Source of the DNA: Thermoplasmata archaeon
GTDB lineage: Archaea > Thermoplasmatota > Thermoplasmata > Lutacidiplasmatales > UBA184
Length of the DNA stretch: 64,000 nucleotides
Assembly: GCA_022749935.1 (NCBI GenBank)
Contig: JAKIWQ010000001.1
Location: 3,664-67,663 of the forward strand
Direction of reading: 5' to 3'
Shown here: piece by piece, positions 1 to 8,645 of the stretch
Position numbering within the stretch: the stretch's first letter is position 1
Layout: each line of letters opens with the position of its first letter
The notes under the pieces: model-generated
Databases searched by the model: none
Seen by the model: only the letters and a program-made list of their open reading frames with translations
What the model was told of the DNA's origin: nothing
Made by a program: the position numbers and the translations under genes

Positions 1-125
1 CCCATGAACCGGAGCCCCACGGCCGTGGTACCTGTGGGGGACCCCGTCCGAAGGGTGCCCGTGGAGACGGGGCCCATCCACGACCTGCTCGGAGGGGTTC
101 GATCGACCCACTCCGCGCGAAAGGG

Positions 126-581
126 CTACCGGCGGTCGTCGCTCGATGGTCGAAGGGCAGGCCAAAAAGCGCCGATCATCAGTGCGTACGTGACGAATAA
201 GGGGGACATCGCCACGACGATCGGACCGACCGAGGCGATGAGAGCCACCCAATTGGTGACAAATTCTGTCAAGAGCTGGACGGCCAGATCGCCGACGACC
301 AGGCCGGCGACCGTTGCGACGCCCAGGGACCAGGTGAACCCACCCCAGCCGAGTGTGCTACACCACGGCGTGCCCACGTGTCGCGCCTCGTTCTTCAGGC
401 CGTTGAAAAAGTTCCCGAACGCGAGGACGACCACACCTCCGACCGGCAACGCGATCCAGAAAGGGGCCGCCCCAGACCCTCCACCCCCCGTTGCAATGCT
501 AAGAGCGCCGGTACCCGCGGTACCTCCGACCCAGAACAGAACGCCGAGCCATGCCCACCCACGCGTGGATGGGATCGGCAT
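126..581 (-). pseudogene. Membrane protein (about 4 TM helices), 5' end split off by IS630
   Basis: Hydrophobic ORF MPIPSTRGWAWLGVLFWVGG... Removing the IS and one TA copy restores the in-frame ATG GTC GAA CCA GCT AGG ATG CCG (MVEPARMP) from the ATG at 1766. Confidence 0.6.
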
Positions 582-583
582 CC

Positions 584-1752
584 TAGTGCCGCTTCTAGCC
601 AGGTAGTTCGACATCCCGACCGAAAGAGCTAGTGCCGGGGAGCGCATGCTCCCCGAGCGTGGTGCGCCGCGTTCGATCGATCTCCAACGAGGAAGGGACG
701 AAGCTCGCCCGACTCTGCCGCCACCCCAGCGATGCCATCGAGCTCCACCGAGCGATGGTGATCCTCTCCAGTGCCCAGGGGTTCACTCCGCCCTACATCG
801 CCCGACTCGTGGGCTACTCCCCCGACTGGGTTCGGACCCTCATTCGAGAGTTCAACCTCCACGGGTTCAAGATGCTCAAGCCGAACTGGAAGGCCGGGGG
901 GAACTGGAAGTTCACTCAGGAGCAGAAGGACCAACTGGTGGCGCTCGCCACTCGCCGGCCGAGGGACCTCGGCCTCCCCTACTCCCAGTGGTCCCTTTCA
1001 CGACTGAGGGACGAGGCGAGGAACCAGCGTATCGTCGACTCGATCTCGATCGAGTGGCTTCGCGTCGTGCTCGACGAGGCGGACATGAGTCACCAGTCGA
1101 TCAAGAGCTGGAAGCAGTCCAGTGACCCCAAGTTCGAGGAGAAACGGAAGCGGATCGACCGGCTCACTCACAAGAAACACAACCCTCCGGTCGTGCTGAG
1201 CATGGACGAGATCGGTCCAATCTCCCTTCAGCCCCATGGAGGTCAGGGGTGGTTCCGGTCGGGCCACCCCGAGCGGATCCCCTCCACCTACAAGCGACTC
1301 AAGGGCACTCGGTATCTCTACCTCACCCTCAACGTCTACCACCAACAGCTGAGCGGTCGATTGTATCGGCACAAGGGAGGAGAGCCGTGGCTGGATTACG
1401 TCCAGCGAGAGGTAGAGCGGTACCCGAAGGACGAGGGGATCTACCTAATCCAGGACAACCTGAGCGCCCACTGGACCCCCGAAGTGCGAGAGTGGGCGAG
1501 GAACAACCGAGTGACCTTGGTGGCCTCGGCGACCCAGGCCAGTTGGATGAACCCGGTGGAGAGCCACGCAGGCGACCTCCAGAAACTCGTGCTGGCCGGG
1601 TCGAACTATAGCTCGTGGACCGAGGTTCGGAGAGAGGTAGCCCGAGCGATCTCCTTTCGGAACCGAGAGCGCGGGCTACGCAAGAAGCGGTTCCGCGACG
1701 CTCAGATGGGCAAATGGAAAATCCACCGACGACCTATCTGGAAGCGGCACTA
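584..1752 (+). mobile_element. IS630-family insertion sequence with TA duplication at a CTAG site
   Basis: Left end ctagtgccgcttctagccaggtagt (583-607) matches the reverse complement of the right end, ctagtgccgcttccagataggtcgt (1729-1753). TA at 584-585 and 1751-1752. Encloses the transposase. Confidence 0.9.
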
Positions 1753-1753
1753 G
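632..1753 (+). CDS. IS630-family transposase (start may be GTG at 659 or 662)
   Basis: N-terminal HTH region and DDE motifs SMDEIG, IQDNLSAH, MNPVESH. Single ORF without a frameshift. Confidence 0.92.
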   Translation: MPGSACSPSVVRRVRSISNEEGTKLARLCRHPSDAIELHRAMVILSSAQGFTPPYIARLVGYSPDWVRTLIREFNLHGFKMLKPNWKAGGNWKFTQEQKDQLVALATRRPRDLGLPYSQWSLSRLRDEARNQRIVDSISIEWLRVVLDEADMSHQSIKSWKQSSDPKFEEKRKRIDRLTHKKHNPPVVLSMDEIGPISLQPHGGQGWFRSGHPERIPSTYKRLKGTRYLYLTLNVYHQQLSGRLYRHKGGEPWLDYVQREVERYPKDEGIYLIQDNLSAHWTPEVREWARNNRVTLVASATQASWMNPVESHAGDLQKLVLAGSNYSSWTEVRREVARAISFRNRERGLRKKRFRDAQMGKWKIHRRPIWKRH

Positions 1754-1830
1754 CTGGTTCGACCATGTGGAAGTCAAGGAGATCTTGCGGACGCGTCCAT
1801 CCGAGTGGAAGGAACGTGTGGTGCTGTGAA

Positions 1831-4800
1831 GTGACGCGCACACGGAGTCGCGCCCAAGGTAATCGACGGCGCCCAACTGCGGTTGTCATAGTGGCCGTGC
1901 TCGCATTCTCTGTGGTGTGGGTGACGGGGCAGGGACAACCCTTAGGCCCGATTGCGCCCGCAGGGGGGCCCGCCTCAATCCTAGGCGAATCCTTCGCAAC
2001 TAGAGGGTCTCTCCCGACGACCGATTTTGATCGGAGCCACTCCGCACTCACCCGGTGGATCCCCACTTCTACCGCCTACACGCTCGATCCACTCAATGCA
2101 ACCCTCTTGCAAGGCGAAATCAATCCACCCTCTCCGGGGTACTCGCAGGCCGTACTGGATGTTCCATCGCTCGGGGAGTTTGTCGTAGGAGACTCCGCGG
2201 GAGATTTCGCCTATGTCATCAATGCGAGCTCAGGCCACGAAATTCGAGCCATAAACCTCGGTCCTCCGAGCTTGCAGTTTTACGGAAGCGACCCGATCGG
2301 TTTCGCATTCAATCCGGCCAAAGGGCTGCTCTACGTTTCGCTTCTCGGTGACAGTTCGGTTGCGTTTGTCAATCTCTCTTCGGGGAATGTGCTAATGAAC
2401 CTCGCCCTCCCCGGTCATCCGTACGGGGTCGTCTTCGATGTAGCGGACAATCAACTCTACACGACTAACGACACCGGGGTGTTCGCTCTTAACGGGACGA
2501 CGGGTGCGGAGATCGGGTTCTTGGCAATCCATTGGGGTGTCACGCCCATAGTGATCGATCCATTAACGGACACCCTCCTAACCGCCGACAGCGGAAACAG
2601 CACGGTTTACGTGGTCAACATTTCAACATTTAGTGTGACCACAAGATTCTACACGTCGCATAACGGTGGTGGCGTTGACCCAACCGCGTTGATTTTCGAC
2701 CCTTATACGAAGCAGGTTTACACGGCCGATCAGGACGGAAATGTCAGCGTAATCAATGCCGAGACTTACCAACTCAATGCCACAACACCTGAGATAAATC
2801 TAGGCGGGTATCCCAACTCACTCGCCATCAACCCCGTCCGTCACGAAATCTACGTCAGTAGTTGCCATCAGTTCGGGTTCCGGTCCTGCGTATTCTACGA
2901 TTCCAACGATTCCGTGGCGAGCTACACCCTTCCCAACTCATGGCCGGGATGGCTCGCCTACGACGCCCCGACCAAGCACTTGTTGATCGACAACAACAAC
3001 GACACGCTTTACCTTTTCAACGGCTCGAACGACCTACAGGTCGGTTTCGTGCCGATGGTCACCTCGTACCTAGGGGGCGTACTCGACCCCTCAAACGGGC
3101 GCGAATACGTCGCGACGCCAGCGCTCGGAGGGGTATGCGTGCTACCAGGGACGGTCACGGTCTTGATGCCTGGCCCGGAGCCTTCCTTCGTCGCGACGGT
3201 ACCGGTCGGGGACGGGCCGAGCCAGGTGGCATACGACTCTGCCGACGACCGAGTCTTCGTCACGAATTACTGCTCAAACTCAGTGACAGTGATCGACCCT
3301 ACGAATGACTCCATACTCCGGGCTAGTATCCCAGTAGGCTCCGAACCATACGGAGTCGCCTACGACTCTCTCAACGACACGATCTGGATTGCGAACTACA
3401 ACTCACGGAACCTGACCGTACTGAATGGATCGACGCTCGCGACTGTTCGGACAGTCACCCTCCCGCAAGGGTATCCATATGACTTGGCAATCGATTCGAT
3501 TTCCCAGTCGGTTTTCGTCTCTGACATTTTAGGCAACTCTGTCACTGTGGTGAATTCGACCACCTACACCATCTCAGTTTCATCGATTCCCGTCGGATCC
3601 AGCCCCCAGGGGTTGCTTTACGATCCCCAGAACGGAGACGTCTATGTCGCGAATGGTGGCTCCAACAACGTCACAGTACTGAATGCGGCAAACCGGAGTG
3701 TGGCCGGGTCCATCCGTACGGCAGGGGGGACCACAGCTCTAGCCCTCGACCCGATCGACCACCTTGTGTTTGCCACGGACGCGGGGGGAAGTCGAATCGT
3801 CGTCATCGACGCCCTTGACAATCAGGCGGAATTTCCGTCTCTTCCGGCCTCGGGAGAGCCGCAGGGCGTTGTGTACGTCCCGAACGACCACCAGTTGGAC
3901 GTGCTGAATTTCGGTGCCAATGCGATCAACATTCTTGCCAACGTCCCGACGCTTTCAAACTTCACAGCGATCCCAGCTCAAACTGAAGTGGGCGACCCGT
4001 TCGCATTCTCTGTCGCGGCTTCGAACGGCACTCCTCCCTACGCATTCTCGTACTCTGGATTACCGCCTGGCTGCGCATCGGCCGACAGTATCGTCCTCGA
4101 GTGCACACCAACCCTCCCCGGCCACTTCGTTGTGACACTGACCGCGGTTGACTCGGCGGGCTACTTCTGGTCCACCAGTGTCAACGTGTCGGTATGGACC
4201 CACCTAGGGTCCGGAAACCTCAGCCTGACGCCCTCGACCATCGACTTGGGGATGACCTCGGACCTAGTCCTCACAGGCGCGGGTGGAGTTCCTCCGCTCA
4301 ACTACTCGTACCAGGGACTCCCGACCGGTTGCGTTTCGTCCAACAATTCCACGTTGAGCTGCAAGCCCACGGAGGCGGGCATTTTCACTGTGGTTGGGAC
4401 GGTGACAGACAATCTGGGAGTGGTCACCGTCGCTGGGACGGATCTCGTTGTCGATCCGCTTCCTCAGGTGGAAGCTTTCGTCGCCAACCCTTCGACTGTT
4501 CCTGTGAACTCGTCCTTCCTCCTCCTCGCGAGTGTGTCTGGGGGCACCCCCCCTTTCAACTACTCGTACGACGGCCTCCCGCCCGGCTGCCACTCCTCTG
4601 ACTCCACCGAACTGGAGTGCGTACCGACCGTTCCGGGGAGTTACACAGTCAGGCTCACTGCGAGCGACTCCCTCGGGGAGAGTGTGAACGGGAGCCTACC
4701 GCTCATCATATTGTCCTCACCGGTCGCGACGCCCCCTCCCCAGATCATCGCTTTCTTTGCAGACCCGTCGACGGTGACCATCGGAACTAATGTCACTCTC

Positions 4801-5169
4801 TACGTTATCCACACGGGTGGGACCCCTTCCTATTCCCTGGGTTGGGCGGGGCTTCCAGGTGGTTGTACGGCGAACACTCAAACATCCTCCACCATCACAT
4901 GCCGTCCCACCCAGGTCGGGAACTTCACGCTTCGAGTCAATCTAACTGACTCGCTCGGTCGATCGGTCGAGGACCGGACATCCTTGACAGTGCTTCCGGT
5001 CGAGGTTAACGCGAAGGTTCCCCCTTCTGCCTCGGTGGTTTCAGAACTGACCCTCGCGTACGTTGCGTTTGCAGCCGCTGCCATTGGGGGCGTAGGCGGG
5101 GCGGTAGTTGCGGGTCTTGTGTCCCGGCGCAAACCAGAACCGGCGAAATCCGTGCCTCCCCCTAGATAG
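1831..5169 (+). CDS. Membrane-anchored surface protein: two YVTN/YncE beta-propellers, 4 Cys-containing Ig/PKD-like repeats, C-terminal TM
   Basis: Basic plus hydrophobic signal after GTG 1831; repeated VGxxPxxxxYD...YVxN..SN.VTVI blades; four Y/W-x-GLP-x-GC repeats; TM followed by SRRK; many N-x-S/T sequons. Confidence 0.85.
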   Translation: MTRTRSRAQGNRRRPTAVVIVAVLAFSVVWVTGQGQPLGPIAPAGGPASILGESFATRGSLPTTDFDRSHSALTRWIPTSTAYTLDPLNATLLQGEINPPSPGYSQAVLDVPSLGEFVVGDSAGDFAYVINASSGHEIRAINLGPPSLQFYGSDPIGFAFNPAKGLLYVSLLGDSSVAFVNLSSGNVLMNLALPGHPYGVVFDVADNQLYTTNDTGVFALNGTTGAEIGFLAIHWGVTPIVIDPLTDTLLTADSGNSTVYVVNISTFSVTTRFYTSHNGGGVDPTALIFDPYTKQVYTADQDGNVSVINAETYQLNATTPEINLGGYPNSLAINPVRHEIYVSSCHQFGFRSCVFYDSNDSVASYTLPNSWPGWLAYDAPTKHLLIDNNNDTLYLFNGSNDLQVGFVPMVTSYLGGVLDPSNGREYVATPALGGVCVLPGTVTVLMPGPEPSFVATVPVGDGPSQVAYDSADDRVFVTNYCSNSVTVIDPTNDSILRASIPVGSEPYGVAYDSLNDTIWIANYNSRNLTVLNGSTLATVRTVTLPQGYPYDLAIDSISQSVFVSDILGNSVTVVNSTTYTISVSSIPVGSSPQGLLYDPQNGDVYVANGGSNNVTVLNAANRSVAGSIRTAGGTTALALDPIDHLVFATDAGGSRIVVIDALDNQAEFPSLPASGEPQGVVYVPNDHQLDVLNFGANAINILANVPTLSNFTAIPAQTEVGDPFAFSVAASNGTPPYAFSYSGLPPGCASADSIVLECTPTLPGHFVVTLTAVDSAGYFWSTSVNVSVWTHLGSGNLSLTPSTIDLGMTSDLVLTGAGGVPPLNYSYQGLPTGCVSSNNSTLSCKPTEAGIFTVVGTVTDNLGVVTVAGTDLVVDPLPQVEAFVANPSTVPVNSSFLLLASVSGGTPPFNYSYDGLPPGCHSSDSTELECVPTVPGSYTVRLTASDSLGESVNGSLPLIILSSPVATPPPQIIAFFADPSTVTIGTNVTLYVIHTGGTPSYSLGWAGLPGGCTANTQTSSTITCRPTQVGNFTLRVNLTDSLGRSVEDRTSLTVLPVEVNAKVPPSASVVSELTLAYVAFAAAAIGGVGGAVVAGLVSRRKPEPAKSVPPPR

Positions 5170-5379
5170 GGAAGCGGCCCTTATCGACTCTCAGACCGGC
5201 CCCGCATACTCACGAGGACGTGGGCAACGTCCTCGCCGTCGACCAACCCTCCTGAGACTCTCCTGGGCGACTGGCGTACGGCGGCGTGGTTCAAATCGCG
5301 GTTCGGGTTTTCGGAAGGACCTTCCCCAGGACGGATTGCGTGGGCGTCGGGTCACGATTCACATCAAGACGCCAATTGA
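5170..5379 (+). pseudogene. Start-less remnant homologous to the small ORF at 5948-6316
   Basis: Hand translation ETLLGDWRTAAWFKSRFGFSEG matches DTLSRDWRHAAWFYARFGITEG of 5948-6316. Confidence 0.65.
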
Positions 5380-5746
5380 CGAATCCGTCAAGAAGAAGGC
5401 TGAGAGACGGAGCGTCGACCTGCGGTGTCGGAAAAGTCCTGCGCGGCGTCTAGGGATTCCTGAGGTGGGCGGCCCACTGCCTAACTGACGTGGTCCAGGC
5501 CTTCATGGCCACCGGGTGTTCGTGCGAATCTTCTGTTGTAGTCGGAGAGATGGGGCTGGGCCCGTCGTTCAAAGCGGGCAGTGGCGGAGGCGGTGGCCGG
5601 TGCCGCGTGTCCCGCCCCGTCCGGGTCACAACGGCCCATCGGTTCCCGAAGGAAATGCCAGGTTTGGCGGGCGACAGATTCACCTCCTCGGGGGGTTCGA
5701 ATACTCGCGACGGAACATTTCCACGAGGTGATTAGCGGGGCATGGA
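5273..5746. repeat. Att-proximal arm, copy 1 (homologous to ~12147-12623)
   Basis: Shared blocks gattcacatca, ttgacgaatccgtcaaga, ggttccc.aaggaaatgccagg, gattcacctcctcg, gggttcgaatactcgc, acgaggtgattagcggggcatgga. Confidence 0.9.
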
Positions 5747-5754
5747 GTCGAACC
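5733..5754 (-). repeat. att site: displaced 3' end of tRNA-iMet
   Basis: Reverse complement GGTTCGACTCCATGCCCCGCTA versus tRNA GGTTCAAATCCATGCCCCGCTA. 5723-5746 is identical to 12600-12623 (24 bp). Confidence 0.85.
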
Positions 5755-5947
5755 CCCGGGGGGTTCGAATATCGAGAAAAGTGGGGGACCAGCAGTCCTG
5801 GAGGCCATCACCTCTCGTCTTGGGTTCGGGCAATGACACGACTGGGATACCTTCCAAGAAGCAGCGATAACAATTCGACCCGGGCTAGTTCACTCGATTC
5901 GCCTGGGAACTTCCCACGAGGGCTCCCGGAGCCGTGCGGAGGCCCGC

Positions 5948-6316
5948 GTGGCGTTCCCGGACGCCGACAACGACGAGGAGGACGGGGTCGACTCTCGGCG
6001 GTTCAGCCTCATGGAGATCACGAGCGGCCTCCCAGACGACTCGCGGGAGGCGGATGAGCGCGCTGCGGTGCGGAACCTACCCGACCTGCGCGCTCGCGTG
6101 AAGGCGGCCCGCCCCCTGGTCGCGAGCAGCCCGGGCGTGGCCGATACGCTCTCGCGCGACTGGCGCCATGCCGCGTGGTTCTACGCGCGATTCGGGATCA
6201 CCGAGGGGCAGTTCAGAGGCAAGGGAGCCCTTGGGACTCTCGACCCACTGGCTGAGAAGGGTGCCCTTCGAGGAATCGAAGAAACCTCGAAATCGGGTGT
6301 GGTCCACTGGAGGTAG
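5948..6316 (+). CDS. Small hypothetical protein (DWRxAAWFxxRFG motif)
   Basis: 122-aa ORF. Coding status is supported by two degenerate paralogous remnants nearby. Confidence 0.6.
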   Translation: MAFPDADNDEEDGVDSRRFSLMEITSGLPDDSREADERAAVRNLPDLRARVKAARPLVASSPGVADTLSRDWRHAAWFYARFGITEGQFRGKGALGTLDPLAEKGALRGIEETSKSGVVHWR

Positions 6317-6470
6317 GCGAACTGCCCAAGGGCCGCGGATGGGCCCCTGGCCGCACGCGTATGATATCGGGGAAAGTGCGTCTAACCCGTTCGTGTAATC
6401 GTTCTCGCCTGTTTTGCGCTCGAGCGAACAGATTTGAGGGGGAGAGGCATGCTCCCGGTTGGATGTGCCG

Positions 6471-8609
6471 ATGGCGGTAAGTCGCCGGAGGAGACAGGCC
6501 ACGTCTCGTACCCTTTGCCTTGTTGTCCTGATTGTTGTAGTGGCGTCTTCCGTAGCAATGGGCAACACGACTCGTAAGGGCTCGCTTGCCGCCCCAACAT
6601 CCCCTTCGTCACTTCTTCGGGCTGAGGACAACAACTCGTCATCCTCACTGCTGTTACCCTCTTTATCCATCTCCTCATTTGGAACTTGGCCGATGTACGA
6701 TCAAAACCCCTTCCGCACAGGCGATCAGGGCATGGAGCGAACCCTAGCCCGGACGAACGCCAGTCTGCTCACAATTTCTCCCCACTTCCCATTCGCCCCC
6801 TCCTACCTTCGGGCGGTCGCCGGCTCAGTTGCCGTGGCGAACGGCACGGCGTACTTCCCTTCCGCCGGCGGGAACCTCGTAGCATTGAACGTGACGACAG
6901 GGACTATTCATGGGAGTAGCTCATGGGTTGCCAACACCACTCACTTCGGGATTATCAACTGCTCCGGATCGCCAAGCGGGCTAGTTTCTACCCCGGCCAT
7001 TTGGGGGAATCTTGCCATCGTAGGAACCGGGGGTGCACTCGGAGCCCAGGGGTACGGATGGGTACGCGCATACAACGTTACCGGCCCGAACCCAGGCACG
7101 GCCCGGTGGTCCACAAACCTAACGGGGAGTGTCGGCGGTTCCTGGGCAGGTGCTTACACCTGGTCGAGCCCGGTGATCGCGGGTGGTGATGCCTACATTG
7201 GGCTCGCTAGTGGTTGTGACGCTCCTCTTGTGCAGGGCGCTCTCTTTCAGCTCAATGCCACGACCGGAAACATCCTCAACGTTGCACATATGGTCTCAAC
7301 CGGCCAGACGGGCGCTGGAATCTGGAGCTCGCCGACTGTGGACCTTAAGAACCACACAGTCTGGGTAACCACCGGCAATGAGAACAAGCACCAGATCTAC
7401 CAACAATATGCCCGTTCTCTCATCGCGTTAAATACCAGCACCTTCCAAGTCATCGGGCACGCCCAGGAAGGGACCCCTGGGACCGACCAAGACTTTGGAG
7501 CCGGCCCGACCCTGTTCTCGACTTCATCGGGGGTTCCTATGGTTGTCGCGGTCAACAAGAACGATTCTGCCTATGCCTTCGCCCGGAGCAACTTCACGGG
7601 CAACATGTCGCCGAACGGAGGGGTGAAGGGATGGGTGTGGGAGAAGTACATCGGCGGACCAACGACCCCGGGGGCGATCGCACCCGCTGCATTTGGAGAC
7701 AGCCAACTTTACTTCGCTGGGGGGCCGGAAGGGTCACAGGCTGGCAGCGTATGGGCCCTCGCCCCGAGCGGGGCCACAATCTGGCATGTCGGCGTGGGGG
7801 GTTACATCCGGGCCGGGGTAACGTATGCGGACGGGCTGGTCATCGCCGCAGCAATCGGTTCTTCGAACAACGCCTCTTCTGTTATCATTCTGAACGCTAC
7901 CAACGGCAGGCTGATCGCTGAGTACAACGCGAGCGGGCAGGTCAACGGGGAGCCGGCAGTGGCGGACGGCCGCGTCTACTTCGGAACGGCGTGGGGAAAC
8001 GCCGGTGGGCCGGACTTCTCGGCTCCCGGCTCGCTCTACGCTCTTGAGATCCCCATCCACGCTCAACCCAATGCATACCCGGGGACCGTGCCTACTCCGG
8101 TGGTTGTGTTCGACGGCCTCGGTATCGGCGGGTCCCCTCCTTATTCCTGCGTATGGATCTTTGGCCCTGGGGCTAGGTCGAATCTCTGTGGCTTGGTGAG
8201 CTATTCGTACACCAGCACCGGGGTTTACGAAGCCAGCCTCTGGGTGAATGATTCGGTAAGCGAATCGTCCAGGTGGATCTATACTATTCAGGTCGTTGAC
8301 AACGGGGGATGCCTCTTAGGGCATCCGTGTTCTAATTGGATTCTCGTTGGGAACTTCACGACGGGCGGCTGTTACGCTCAGCCCCCCTCGCTATTTTGTC
8401 CAGTGAATGGGCTGCTAGACTTCGCTTCGTACAGTTCGGGGGGGACGCCCCCCTATACGTATCTCTGGAACTTCGGAGACAGGACACAATCGGAACTCCC
8501 CACCCCGATTCACCAGTACTTGGAACCGGGTGAATACACGGTTACGCTGACCCTTACTGACAAGAATCACCTACAGGCCTCGACACAGTTCGTGGTCACG
8601 GCGACCTGA
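6471..8609 (+). CDS. Secreted PQQ-like (BamB-type) beta-propeller protein with C-terminal PKD domains
   Basis: Signal RRRR plus hydrophobic helix; WPMY...RTG; SSPV/STPA/SSPTV blades; DQDFGAGP; PKD motif YLWNFGD...HQYLEPGEYTVTLT. Confidence 0.85.
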   Translation: MAVSRRRRQATSRTLCLVVLIVVVASSVAMGNTTRKGSLAAPTSPSSLLRAEDNNSSSSLLLPSLSISSFGTWPMYDQNPFRTGDQGMERTLARTNASLLTISPHFPFAPSYLRAVAGSVAVANGTAYFPSAGGNLVALNVTTGTIHGSSSWVANTTHFGIINCSGSPSGLVSTPAIWGNLAIVGTGGALGAQGYGWVRAYNVTGPNPGTARWSTNLTGSVGGSWAGAYTWSSPVIAGGDAYIGLASGCDAPLVQGALFQLNATTGNILNVAHMVSTGQTGAGIWSSPTVDLKNHTVWVTTGNENKHQIYQQYARSLIALNTSTFQVIGHAQEGTPGTDQDFGAGPTLFSTSSGVPMVVAVNKNDSAYAFARSNFTGNMSPNGGVKGWVWEKYIGGPTTPGAIAPAAFGDSQLYFAGGPEGSQAGSVWALAPSGATIWHVGVGGYIRAGVTYADGLVIAAAIGSSNNASSVIILNATNGRLIAEYNASGQVNGEPAVADGRVYFGTAWGNAGGPDFSAPGSLYALEIPIHAQPNAYPGTVPTPVVVFDGLGIGGSPPYSCVWIFGPGARSNLCGLVSYSYTSTGVYEASLWVNDSVSESSRWIYTIQVVDNGGCLLGHPCSNWILVGNFTTGGCYAQPPSLFCPVNGLLDFASYSSGGTPPYTYLWNFGDRTQSELPTPIHQYLEPGEYTVTLTLTDKNHLQASTQFVVTAT

Positions 8610-8645
8610 GTCGAAGGCCCCACACGACGCAGGGCCGCGTGGGAA

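Noticed and set aside
83-102. ACCTGCTCGGAGGGGTTCGA resembling the arm motif at 5682 and 12560
   Set aside because: Short and gapped, with no adjacent att or other arm blocks; may be chance.
1615-1830. N-terminal extension of the 1184-aa ORF
   Set aside because: It overlaps the IS630 transposase and TIR; the signal peptide begins near GTG 1831.
5167-5379. Amber read-through (pyrrolysine) fusing YVTN-1 to the in-frame remnant
   Set aside because: The equivalent remnant after YVTN-2 is in a different frame and has stops, and no pyl genes are in view.
5108-5488. IHIKTPIDESVKK / IHIMTPIDESVKR as an integrase remnant
   Set aside because: No tyrosine-recombinase catalytic motif; the similarity is explained by the conserved DNA palindrome.
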